Shown: piece after piece, positions 10,415-18,701 of the stretch
Numbering within the stretch: the first letter of the stretch is position 1
Layout: every line of letters starts with the position of its first letter
IMG/VR virus record: IMGVR_UViG_3300020036_009482
Span: 1-34,715 of that record
DNA: 34,715 bases
Reading direction: 5' to 3' (one strand)
DNA from: a virus
The notes under the pieces: generated by a model
Database searches by the model: none
What the model was told of the DNA's origin: nothing
The model's input: the letters and a program-made list of their open reading frames with translations, nothing else
Made by a program: the position numbers and the translations under genes

Positions 10415-10878
10415 TCGACTTTGATCCTGTAGCTCATCTAACCTCAATAATTCCCGTATTCTGGCAAGCTTGGCTTATGATTCATGGCCAGGACAAAAGT
10501 AATCGCACCACAATAACGCTTAATGGCAACAATTGGGAAGTAAGCGAGGCTGAGGCTTTAATTCATTGGTATTTAGTGACGGAGCACTCAAGAATAAAGT
10601 TAGCAATAGACGATAAGGAAATTGTTGGTTTGCTAGTTTATAATCGTGTATTCGAGGGCGTTTTCGCAATCCGGTTGTTTTATGTGTTACCGCATAAAAT
10701 GCGAACGAAAACGGGACACAAACTCATAAGTTCTCTTGAGGATGTTCACACTCTCTTGTTTCAAACTAAAAACGATTTACCTCCCGAGGCGATGTTTGAG
10801 ATCACTCGAGGACGTGAAAAAAAACTGCATCAGTCTGACATAGTTACGACTTGGACGATGCCTTGGGAGAAAAAGTAG
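10336..10878 (+). CDS. hypothetical protein, possible GNAT-like acetyltransferase
   Basis: ATG at 10336 is preceded by GAGGGGG. The ORF overlaps the upstream ORF by 79 nt. The segment IVGLLVYNRV...FYVLPHKMRTKTGHKLISSL loosely resembles GNAT motif A. Confidence 0.4.
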   Translation: MDIGDSDSKEQLLNGRGQYHSEIFQVVDFDPVAHLTSIIPVFWQAWLMIHGQDKSNRTTITLNGNNWEVSEAEALIHWYLVTEHSRIKLAIDDKEIVGLLVYNRVFEGVFAIRLFYVLPHKMRTKTGHKLISSLEDVHTLLFQTKNDLPPEAMFEITRGREKKLHQSDIVTTWTMPWEKK

Positions 10879-11727
10879 ATGGGAATTTTATCAGGCATAA
10901 AAAAAGTAGCTAAGGCCATAGGTAAAGGAGCTAAGGCTATAGTTGGTGGTCCAGCTAAAGCAGTTACTGCATTGGGATCAGGCGTGGCTGGAGTTGCAGG
11001 AAAGACTGCGGGTGCGGTTGCTGATTCAAATGCAAGGGCGGCTGCGGCTCAAGATGTTTTGAATCGCCAAAGACAACTAGAGGACGAGGCCAGGGCAAAT
11101 CAAAGACAGATAGAGCTTGAGCAACGTAATCGTGCCGCCAGAGAGGCTGATCTTGCTCAAGGTAGGGCTAGAGGTCAGGATTTGTTTGGTAATGAAGCTT
11201 TAGGCAGAGTTAACGCTCAAAGAAGCGCAGATATTGCAGATATCTTAGCTAGAAGAAAAGCTCAATTAGAGGGATTCACTCCTGAAGAACAACAGGCCAT
11301 GCGTGAGCAAAACATGGGGGCAATCTTCAGTAATCAACAAGCTGGCTCAAGAGATTTAGCAAGACAACAAGCAAGGTCTGGAGTCAGAGGGGCGCTCGGT
11401 GCGGCTCAACAAGCAGCGTTTCAACAAGCAACCCAAGGTCAACTAGCAGATCAAGAGAGACAATTATTTTTGGCTAACATTGCTGAAAAACGTGATGCTC
11501 TTGGAAGGCTTGAGGGATCTCAAAGGGCTACTGAGGCTGATGAGCTTGCTAGACAACAATTTAATTTGGCACAACTTGGAAGAGAAAAAGCTGGAATGCT
11601 TACTACTGAGTTTGGTTATGGTGGATTAGGGGCGCAAGAAAGAGCGGCCGCATTACAACAAATTTTAGGTGAAAGTGGAGCTGCAAGCTCTGAAAGAATT
11701 GCTCAAGCAACAAAGGGGAAAAAATAA
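10879..11727 (+). CDS. A/Q/R-rich coiled-coil internal virion (ejection) protein candidate
   Basis: 282-aa low-complexity helical ORF inside the virion module. Confidence 0.45.
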   Translation: MGILSGIKKVAKAIGKGAKAIVGGPAKAVTALGSGVAGVAGKTAGAVADSNARAAAAQDVLNRQRQLEDEARANQRQIELEQRNRAAREADLAQGRARGQDLFGNEALGRVNAQRSADIADILARRKAQLEGFTPEEQQAMREQNMGAIFSNQQAGSRDLARQQARSGVRGALGAAQQAAFQQATQGQLADQERQLFLANIAEKRDALGRLEGSQRATEADELARQQFNLAQLGREKAGMLTTEFGYGGLGAQERAAALQQILGESGAASSERIAQATKGKK

Positions 11728-11728
11728 C

Positions 11729-12721
11729 ATGGCATTCAACATGGTTGAAGAGGCTCTTAAGGCGAAGAAGTTACCAAAAGAGGAAAAAGCGCAGCTTGCT
11801 AACACTCTTAGTGAGGCAAGTGGTGTTGAGGTAAAGCCACAAGATTTAACACCTAAAAACGTTGAGGCTGTAGTTAAACAGGAGCCCACTGGGACAGCTA
11901 AAGATAAAGACGCTCAACGGTTATTGTTTAGTGCTCTTGGTGCTGCTCTTCCTACGTTAATTGGAGCCGCCTTTGGTGGGGCAGAAGGTGGTGCGATGGG
12001 CGCCCAAGCTGGTGGACAATTCGTTCAAACACTTGGGGCTCAAGCACAAAAAGAAAAAGAAGATCAGGCCAAGGCTGACGCAGCCATGAAACAGGCCGCT
12101 GCACAAAAGGAAAAAGAGGATAAGGAGTTTGGGTTTAAAGAAGCTGAGCTCGCTATAAAAAAAGAAGAAGCCGGTATAAAGGCTGACGAAAGAGCAGTGC
12201 CAGCGTTTGGTAATGCTAAAGCTAAAACAAAAGAAGCTGCGGCAGATATTAATAAATCTGTTTATGCCGTAGGTCAGGCGCAAGAGGGAATAAACGAATT
12301 ATTAGAAATAGCTAAAACACCTTTAAATAAAATTGACCCAGTGACGAAATCAAAAGCAGAAGTTTTGGCTACCACCATCAGAGCAAACCTTAGACCAGAA
12401 ATTCTAGGTCCAGGAGCTGTTACAGAAACAGAATACGCTCTCATGGAAAGAATTGTTGCCGATCCAACTACAATTTTTGCATTACCCGCCCAACAACGAC
12501 AAGCATTGAAAACTTTATCACAAAGGCTCGAGGGCGGGTTGATTGAAAAGGCAAAAGCATACGGGGTTGATCCTTCTACTTATCAATCAAGAATAAAAAG
12601 CTCTAATATGGAACAAGATAAAATATCAGCGGCTTTAGCCTGGGCAGAGAGCAATCCGGATGATCCAAGATCTAAGGCAATTATTGATAAAATTAACCAA
12701 AGCAAGATGTTGGCGAGATAA
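11729..12721 (+). CDS. internal virion protein candidate (K/E/A-rich)
   Basis: ATG at 11729 lies 1 nt after the upstream TAA, with AAGGGGA upstream. The longer track ORF starts inside the upstream gene. Confidence 0.5.
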   Translation: MAFNMVEEALKAKKLPKEEKAQLANTLSEASGVEVKPQDLTPKNVEAVVKQEPTGTAKDKDAQRLLFSALGAALPTLIGAAFGGAEGGAMGAQAGGQFVQTLGAQAQKEKEDQAKADAAMKQAAAQKEKEDKEFGFKEAELAIKKEEAGIKADERAVPAFGNAKAKTKEAAADINKSVYAVGQAQEGINELLEIAKTPLNKIDPVTKSKAEVLATTIRANLRPEILGPGAVTETEYALMERIVADPTTIFALPAQQRQALKTLSQRLEGGLIEKAKAYGVDPSTYQSRIKSSNMEQDKISAALAWAESNPDDPRSKAIIDKINQSKMLAR

Positions 12722-12723
12722 AT

Positions 12724-14928
12724 ATGTCTAAAGAATTTAATCCAGATAAATTCTTGGCTGAATTTGAGCCTCCTACCAAAAAAAGAAAAGCGGTTTCGGT
12801 ACAGCCACAAAGTAAAATTGAAGATTTTGATCCGGATGAGTTTTTATCGCAGGAGACTGAACAAGGTATTGGACAACAAGCTCTTGGAGCCGTTGCTGAA
12901 GTTGGCAGATTTATTGATTCTTATACTGGAGCCCCGGTTAGGAAGGGAATTGGGGTATTGCAAGAAGACTTTACGGCTATACCTGAGGCGATCAAACAGG
13001 GTGCAATGCAATTCGGAGCAGCTCCAGAGCTCGCTCCAACTGGCCAAGAAATTGTAGAAAAGGCTGGAATTCCTAGAACTGCTTTAAGTGAAGTGGCTCC
13101 AGCTTTGTTTTCTGAAACCGGCGAAGGATTAAAATTAAAGAAAGGTGGATTATTAGATCCCACCGCAAGTGGAGTTGCTGGCCTCGGATTAGATGTAGCT
13201 GCCGATTTAACTAACGTAATTCCGGGAGTCGCCATCGCCAAAGGCGTGGGCCGTGGAATTAAGGCAGGAGCAAAAGGCGCTTTAGAGTTGACTGGTAAAG
13301 CTTTAAGTAAAGTTTTACCGGAGACAGTAGTAGGTATTTCCAAAGCAGGAATTGAGGCATCAAAAGATATTGCAAACGCTACTAGCAATTTTATTAATCC
13401 AAAACTATCTAAGGATTTTAGAAAATTAAACGAAATTGCTTTAAAAAATAATATCGATTCAGCAATTTTACCCAGTTCTGTTAAATATGGTCCACAGAGC
13501 TCAATTACTAGAATAGAGCAAACCCTAGCTCAAAGACCTGGGGGAGAAGCAGTATTTGAAACCTATCAAAGAGCTCAAAAAGCCACTCAGGATGCTTTCG
13601 ATGCGAAACTAAAAAAAATAGGTGACAATGTTGCTCCATTGGCCCCGGCCGATGCTGGAGACGTCTTACGAGAGGGTTTCAATGACTCTCAGAAAAAATT
13701 CTTTGAACAAATAGATACTAGCTATGACACTATTTCTAAAGCTGCTCCAGGAATGCCGCTTCCAAAAGAGGCAGTATCTAAAATAGAAACTAATTTAAAG
13801 CCAATTATCGAAAACGCTGAAAGAATTTCTAAAAACAAAGCATTAAGCCCGGGATCGAGAAAGCAGGCTGAACAGGTTCTTGAAGTGGCTAACGGGATTA
13901 AATCTCAAGCATTAAAAGGCAACTTCGACGACATGGTAATGGGTCTAAGGGATTTGGGCGATGCTTTTGAAGTTCGATCGGTTGGTGCTGCAGACATTTC
14001 TCCGGACGTTAAAGCCTATAGAAAAATGTATTCAGCGGTGAAAGAGGGTTTGATAGACGCTGCCAGGATTAATCTGGGAGATGAGGTAGCTGATAAATTA
14101 GTTAAAAACAACAAGGCTATGACGGAGTGGTTTAAGGAATCAGAAAAAATTTCTGATTTCATCACGAACGTAAACAAATCTCCGGAACAAGTATTTAAAG
14201 CTTTAGTTGAACAGGGAGACACAAATAAACTTCGTTCATTAGTTAATATTCTTCAAAGTCAGCCTGGCTCGTCTGGTCCAGCCGCTCTTAAAAGGATTAA
14301 AGCATCGTTTATTGATAATCTAAAAACAGTTGGCCCTGAGGGGTCTTTTAGTTTCCCTAGGCTGCGAGCCTCGATAGCTAATGACGGTAAGGTTCAAAGA
14401 GTTTTTAAAGAATTGTTTACTGCGGATGAAATTAAAGAAATCGATGAGATAGTTTCTTTAGGAGAGTCACTAGGAACGCCTGTTATTAACCCTTCGAGAA
14501 CTGCAGAGGCTACAGCGTTCCAAAAATTTATAAGTGCTCCAGTCCAAACTGCGGCTGAGACGGTTCAGAGCCGCCAAGTGCTTGATTTGTTAAAACGTAG
14601 AGCAGAAATACCTAATGCTCCAATGCAATTAAGTGGTGAGCAGCTCGTGGAAGAACTGGTTAGCCGTAAAACCGGGGGCTTTGGGTCTGTGGGAAAAAAG
14701 CCGGGAGAATTTGCAATACAGGGTCCAAAGGTTATGGCTATTGAGGAATATGATTCATCGACGGATAACATCCCAGTTCCGGTTGAAATGGCGGCTGGGC
14801 TTCAGGAAGCTATAATGGGCAGTGATCTAACAAATACCGAGAAGGCAAAGTCTTTGTTGAAATTGGATAAAGGTTTTATACCCAACAAGGTTCTCAATTA
14901 CCTTCAGGGCTCAGGTAGGGTACAATAG
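12724..14928 (+). CDS. large internal virion / ejection protein candidate
   Basis: 734-aa helix-rich ORF following two smaller internal-protein-like genes. Confidence 0.45.
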   Translation: MSKEFNPDKFLAEFEPPTKKRKAVSVQPQSKIEDFDPDEFLSQETEQGIGQQALGAVAEVGRFIDSYTGAPVRKGIGVLQEDFTAIPEAIKQGAMQFGAAPELAPTGQEIVEKAGIPRTALSEVAPALFSETGEGLKLKKGGLLDPTASGVAGLGLDVAADLTNVIPGVAIAKGVGRGIKAGAKGALELTGKALSKVLPETVVGISKAGIEASKDIANATSNFINPKLSKDFRKLNEIALKNNIDSAILPSSVKYGPQSSITRIEQTLAQRPGGEAVFETYQRAQKATQDAFDAKLKKIGDNVAPLAPADAGDVLREGFNDSQKKFFEQIDTSYDTISKAAPGMPLPKEAVSKIETNLKPIIENAERISKNKALSPGSRKQAEQVLEVANGIKSQALKGNFDDMVMGLRDLGDAFEVRSVGAADISPDVKAYRKMYSAVKEGLIDAARINLGDEVADKLVKNNKAMTEWFKESEKISDFITNVNKSPEQVFKALVEQGDTNKLRSLVNILQSQPGSSGPAALKRIKASFIDNLKTVGPEGSFSFPRLRASIANDGKVQRVFKELFTADEIKEIDEIVSLGESLGTPVINPSRTAEATAFQKFISAPVQTAAETVQSRQVLDLLKRRAEIPNAPMQLSGEQLVEELVSRKTGGFGSVGKKPGEFAIQGPKVMAIEEYDSSTDNIPVPVEMAAGLQEAIMGSDLTNTEKAKSLLKLDKGFIPNKVLNYLQGSGRVQ

Positions 14929-14950
14929 AAAAATCAGGGGGGATTTAAAA

Positions 14951-15163
14951 ATGTTAGAGCAATTTCCATTAGCAGTTCAAGTATTAACCTATGTTGTGGC
15001 ATTCAACGTAATACTGACTGGAATTAAGCAAGGCCTAGATTTGATTAAAGACAAAACCGCAACACAAGCTGATAACAAAGTAGCCGATTTTCTAGGCAAG
15101 GTTGTTGGTTTGCTTGGTAAACTGGTTGATGCCCTGGGCTTCAACCCCGCTCATAAGAAATGA
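14951..15163 (+). CDS. putative holin
   Basis: 70 aa with hydrophobic segments (FPLAVQVLTYVVAFNVILTGI and VVGLLGKLV). It sits directly upstream of the spanin-like pair. Confidence 0.45.
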   Translation: MLEQFPLAVQVLTYVVAFNVILTGIKQGLDLIKDKTATQADNKVADFLGKVVGLLGKLVDALGFNPAHKK

Positions 15164-15414
15164 TTTCATCGATACTTGCTATTTTAAAAGCACTGCCGCT
15201 CCTCATAGAGGTTATTTATGAGTTGTGGCAGTGGATAAAAAAAGTATCACACAATAAACCCGAGGCGCTTTTAATAGAAATTCGGGATATTATGGAATCA
15301 CTTAATGATGCAAAAACTGAGGATGATAGGAAACTTGTTGCTCGTAGGGTGTCTCAGCTTTGGGGTGGGATGCGCGAGCCTCTTTCCAACGGAAAAGCAG
15401 TGCCCAACGCCTAA
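15160..15414 (+). CDS. putative i-spanin (or second holin/antiholin)
   Basis: 84 aa with an N-terminal hydrophobic segment and a charged C-terminus. The 3' part overlaps the lipobox ORF in another frame. Confidence 0.4.
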   Translation: MISSILAILKALPLLIEVIYELWQWIKKVSHNKPEALLIEIRDIMESLNDAKTEDDRKLVARRVSQLWGGMREPLSNGKAVPNA

Positions 15415-15586
15415 TGTTGATAAACTCATAACTTGTTTTTATTCATCACAGCGAAAGATGTTTGAATGTGATGACGGTTATAAAGATTGGGATGTAGACC
15501 CTTCAGATGCGGATGAGTATGTTGCTCATCCACCAAAAGAATATCAGAGGATACTAGAGGCGTGTCTAGGGACCAAGAGCCAGTAG
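15305..15586 (+). CDS. putative o-spanin (outer-membrane lipoprotein), overlapping its partner
   Basis: The signal MMQKLRMIGNLLLVGC contains the lipobox LVGC. The ORF starts inside the 15160 ORF in a different frame and extends beyond it. Confidence 0.55.
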   Translation: MMQKLRMIGNLLLVGCLSFGVGCASLFPTEKQCPTPNVDKLITCFYSSQRKMFECDDGYKDWDVDPSDADEYVAHPPKEYQRILEACLGTKSQ

Positions 15587-16086
15587 GTGACACAGTCATC
15601 CTTTTTGGTATTCCGCTCCCCCCTTCATCGAACCATCAATACGCCACAATCATGCGTGGGAATATTCCTATTAGGGTTCCCTCTAAGGAGTCTAAGAACT
15701 ATTCCAAGGTATTTTGGGAGTGGAAATTAGCCAATAACAAGTCTGTTAATAGAGCTCGAGACTCTATAGTTTCTTGGAAATCTCCGCTTGAGGTTGCCAT
15801 GTATGTGGCAATTAGTAGTGAAAAAATGTTTACTAAGGATGGGAGGCTTAAGAGGTGGGATGTATCAAATCGTTGTAAATCGCTTCATGACTTACTGGCC
15901 GGCATTCTTGGAGTTGATGATAAGGATTTTGTAGCTACGCCTACTGAGAAGATACTTGCTGATGTGGTAACCGAGCAGGTTGTGGTTGTAATTAGACCAA
16001 AGAAGGTAGGCAAGTTCTCAGAGTTTGATTTTTTTAAAAGTTTTAGCGGCGATAAATTTAAGATAGAGTCGCCGGTGAGTGAGTAA
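15562..16086 (+). CDS. rusA: RusA-like Holliday junction resolvase
   Basis: The segment WDVSNRCKSLHDLLAGILGVDDKDFV fits the RusA D-x-(D/S)-N-x2-K ... DD catalytic pattern. GTG start. Confidence 0.65.
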   Translation: MSRDQEPVGDTVILFGIPLPPSSNHQYATIMRGNIPIRVPSKESKNYSKVFWEWKLANNKSVNRARDSIVSWKSPLEVAMYVAISSEKMFTKDGRLKRWDVSNRCKSLHDLLAGILGVDDKDFVATPTEKILADVVTEQVVVVIRPKKVGKFSEFDFFKSFSGDKFKIESPVSE

Positions 16087-16091
16087 GAGTT

Positions 16092-16331
16092 TTATTTTTG
16101 TTTTTTTGGTTTGGTTTTTGGTAGTACTTTGCTCGGTATCTCAGTAGTAAATTCGTCTTCTTCAACAACGGTAGATTCAACCTTGGGCTCAGGTTTAGGT
16201 TCTTCTTTGGGTTGAAATCCGTACATTACCTGCAGCACTATTGCTACAAAGAATATGAATATCACAAGAAGCATTATATTCTCTAAAGATGGGCCCTTGT
16301 AGCCATTAAATTGTTTTTTGGCCATTCTCAT
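16092..16331 (-). CDS. small membrane protein with K/E/P-rich tail
   Basis: 79 aa with TM IMLLVIFIFFVAIVLQVMYGF. Last gene of the leftward block. Confidence 0.55.
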   Translation of the reverse strand: MRMAKKQFNGYKGPSLENIMLLVIFIFFVAIVLQVMYGFQPKEEPKPEPKVESTVVEEDEFTTEIPSKVLPKTKPKKQK

Positions 16332-16352
16332 TCAAGTGTAAACTATTTTTGT

Positions 16353-16538
16353 TTAATCAGTGCCCTCAATAGCTTTTTTTAACTGCTCATAAATCCAATC
16401 AGATTCCAGGGCTTGTTTTTGTTCTTTATCGGCCATTATTTCGGTCAGTCTTTCGTAGAGTTCGAGTACTCTAAGAAAGGCGATTCGATATTCAACTTCG
16501 GTTTTGTTCATAGTATTTCCGTTGATTTTGTCGATCAT
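16353..16538 (-). CDS. hypothetical small protein
   Basis: 61-aa ORF overlapping the upstream gene by 4 nt. Confidence 0.5.
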   Translation of the reverse strand: MIDKINGNTMNKTEVEYRIAFLRVLELYERLTEIMADKEQKQALESDWIYEQLKKAIEGTD

Positions 16539-16927
16539 TCAAACACCTTGTCTGCTTTGTCTAAAACTTCACTAGTTAATTTTCCGTAATAATCGATAAG
16601 GTTAGAGTAATTAATTTCTCCATCATCATTCTCAACCGGCAAAGCCTCTCCTGGCCATTCGTCTTGATTTATGTATTCTAACGCTATCCGCATTTCTTTC
16701 CACGACTGAAGGAGCTTGAGGACGAAGGTGGGGTTAAAAGTTGTTATATATTTCGCATCCTGTTTTATGTTTTCGTAATTATCGAAACAAAATTCCCAAG
16801 CACTAATTGGCCCGATTCCTCGTAATGTATCCTTATCTTCATCCTCATATTCTATTTCCCACTCTCCAGACTTCGCCTTCTTCGCAATCTCAATCAGCTC
16901 GTCTATTCGTTTATTAACGTCAGTCAT
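16535..16927 (-). CDS. hypothetical protein, Ead/Ea22-like resemblance
   Basis: 130 aa. FNPTFVLKLLQSWKEMRIALE resembles the NP-x-hydrophobic-LL helix of Ea22-like proteins. The resemblance is weak. Confidence 0.45.
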   Translation of the reverse strand: MTDVNKRIDELIEIAKKAKSGEWEIEYEDEDKDTLRGIGPISAWEFCFDNYENIKQDAKYITTFNPTFVLKLLQSWKEMRIALEYINQDEWPGEALPVENDDGEINYSNLIDYYGKLTSEVLDKADKVFE

Positions 16928-16944
16928 TTTTTTACCTCATTTAA

Positions 16945-17196
16945 TTAACATCCGTAGCCGTTGCCGTCGCCGTCGCCGTAGCCGTAGCCGTAGCCGTAGC
17001 CGTCGCCGTTGCCGTCGCCGTCGCCGTTGCCGTAGCCGTAGCCGTTGCCGTAGCCGTAGCCGTCGCCGTCGCCGTTGCCGTAGCCGTAGCCGTTGCCGTA
17101 GCCGTAGCCGTCGCCGTAGCCGTAGCCGTCGCCGTCGCCGTCGCCGTTGCCGTAGCTACTTATGTTTGAGTCAAAGTTTATAGTTTTTTTGCCCAT
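16945..17196 (-). CDS. Gly-(Tyr/Asp/Asn) dipeptide-repeat protein
   Basis: 83-aa ORF, 68 residues of which are a strict G-X alternation (X = Y, D or N). It overlaps the upstream gene by 19 nt and has no clear RBS. Confidence 0.5.
   Translation of the reverse strand: MGKKTINFDSNISSYGNGDGDGDGYGYGDGYGYGNGYGYGNGDGDGYGYGNGYGYGNGDGDGNGDGYGYGYGYGDGDGNGYGC
16951..17154. repeat. 34 tandem hexanucleotide units (GCCGTN on + strand)
   Basis: Read directly: uninterrupted GCCGTA/GCCGTC/GCCGTT units. Only the first unit is imperfect (TCCGTA). Confidence 0.95.
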
Positions 17197-17495
17197 GCGG
17201 ATTCATTTACGCAAATTGTGGCAACAACGGTTAAATAATCGAACTCCACAAGTCCATTACATGGATCTAATTTTGTATCTTTTTTAGGACCTTCTTGAGC
17301 CAATTCTCCTAAACCTTTGGATGTTCCCCAATTTCGGATTACTGATGCCTGGTGCAATTTACATTCCGACCCAGAACGCTCCATTTTTCCAATCATTACC
17401 CATCCACGTTGAAGGATAACTATTTTCCATTCACCTGCGTATTCTACTCCTGGTTGAGCATAGTATTTAATTCCATTAACGGTTATTTGATCCAT
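17178..17495 (-). CDS. hypothetical protein
   Basis: 105-aa ORF with protein-like composition. Confidence 0.6.
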   Translation of the reverse strand: MDQITVNGIKYYAQPGVEYAGEWKIVILQRGWVMIGKMERSGSECKLHQASVIRNWGTSKGLGELAQEGPKKDTKLDPCNGLVEFDYLTVVATICVNESAWAKKL

Positions 17496-17516
17496 ATTTC
17501 TCCTTTGTTATTAAAG

Positions 17517-17729
17517 TCACTCATTCCACTCCTCCAAAACTTCACGGCCCCAAAATTCTGGGTCATACGGCAGCTTCGATACAGTAGCCATTTTTGAATA
17601 GCTTTGTGGTTCGTAAAAATAAAACATCCAACAAATACTTTCATCAGAGTGCCAGCCTGCATGAAGAAATGATTTGTAATCCTGCCAGATTTCAAGACTC
17701 CCATCGGGAGCGACGCAGAGGTATTTCAT
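17517..17729 (-). CDS. hypothetical protein
   Basis: The preferred start is the internal Met (MKYLCV...). Its ATG at 17729-17727 forms an ATGA overlap with the upstream stop and has AAGGAG upstream. Confidence 0.55.
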   Translation of the reverse strand: MKYLCVAPDGSLEIWQDYKSFLHAGWHSDESICWMFYFYEPQSYSKMATVSKLPYDPEFWGREVLEEWNE

Positions 17730-18139
17730 AGCACTAACTCCTTTTTGTTTTCCTTGGCCCACACATTAGCCTCTCGTTTAAGCTCTTCCTTAGTCACATT
17801 CCTATTAAGTCTAAGATACGCTCCTAGCGAGTCATTTTGATCCATGAACAGATTATAGATTCTCTCGCCTTTTGAGGGTGGGACAACTTTAGTGGGCACT
17901 GTGATTGTAGTGTTTTTATGAGAAGTCTTAGCGGCCTTGGCTTTTGATTCAAAGAAGGCGGCTTGTTCGTAGTCTCTGATTTGGAGCTCGAGTTTTTCTA
18001 TCTTCTCATCGAGGTAAGCAATGTGGCGGATGATGGAGCCGATTTGTTTTCTATAAGGGTCGGGCCATAAGCGCATAGTTTCAAGTTTCTCATTAAACTC
18101 CCTAACCCCCAGCCTTTCAGGCTTTACCTTTAGTTTCAT
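17726..18139 (-). CDS. hypothetical protein (coiled coil)
   Basis: 137-aa ORF directly downstream of the annealing-protein gene. Confidence 0.6.
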   Translation of the reverse strand: MKLKVKPERLGVREFNEKLETMRLWPDPYRKQIGSIIRHIAYLDEKIEKLELQIRDYEQAAFFESKAKAAKTSHKNTTITVPTKVVPPSKGERIYNLFMDQNDSLGAYLRLNRNVTKEELKREANVWAKENKKELVL

Positions 18140-18140
18140 T

Positions 18141-18701
18141 TTAATAAGGTATGTCCCCGATGGCGTGGTTGTCTTTGCCGTTGTCCAAAGGTGCAGCTCC
18201 TATCTTACGTTTAGCCTTGCAAAGAGTGCACCATTCTTCGGTTTTATCGAATTTAGATTTAAGCCACCTGTGAGTGCAGGTTGATTTATCGACAGGTTTT
18301 GTTTCACGTGAAACGGATTTAGGTGGGATTGGAGAGTCGGCAAATGTTGAGAGATCGCTTGTATCCTCGTCTTCAAGTTCTTGGGCAAAGGCGGTGCCAT
18401 ATCCTAAGAAAGCAAGAGCACGTCCTACGGCCCCCGATTCAGCTTTTTCAAGATATCCCCCTGGGAAACCCTTAGCTGTTTGCATTTTGTGTCCACGAGC
18501 TAATGTGTGGCCTGTGGAGTCGTTTATTTCGGCAGATACGATAGCCACTTGTTCGTTAAGGGTGTGGATATTTGTTTCAATGGTCCAGTCTGGATGCTCT
18601 TCGCGAAACCAAACAATACGGTGAGCTACTTGTAGGTAGTCTTTGCCTTTAAGATTTAAAAATGGCAGGTGAGTGCCTTTGGGTGTTTTAAACGTGTTCA
18701 T
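18141..18701 (-). CDS. Sak/Rad52-like single-strand annealing protein with C-terminal Cys-rich tail
   Basis: The core YLQVAHRIVWFREEHPDW...EKAESGAVGRALAFLGYG matches what I recall for the Sak/DUF1071 family. It is paired with Gp157 upstream. Confidence 0.6.
   Translation of the reverse strand: MNTFKTPKGTHLPFLNLKGKDYLQVAHRIVWFREEHPDWTIETNIHTLNEQVAIVSAEINDSTGHTLARGHKMQTAKGFPGGYLEKAESGAVGRALAFLGYGTAFAQELEDEDTSDLSTFADSPIPPKSVSRETKPVDKSTCTHRWLKSKFDKTEEWCTLCKAKRKIGAAPLDNGKDNHAIGDIPY

Noticed and set aside
12921-13388. Long antisense or alternate-frame ORFs within large genes, for example 12921-13388 (-), 18274-18624 (+), 22214-22552 (-), 2052-2477 (+), 21248-21577 (+) and 31240-31488 (-).
   Set aside because: These are shadow ORFs opposite or inside much longer genes with recognisable products. 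They have low-complexity or biased composition and no RBS.
16087-16091. An expected bidirectional terminator between the convergent RusA gene and the 16092 gene.
   Set aside because: The stop codons are only 5 bp apart and I can draw no stem-loop. The T-rich stretch is the coding sequence of the K/P-rich tail on the other strand.
16951-17154. The regular short-repeat array, considered as a CRISPR array or non-coding satellite.
   Set aside because: The period is 6 nt with no spacers. The array lies entirely in an ATG-initiated ORF and keeps a strict Gly-X codon pattern.
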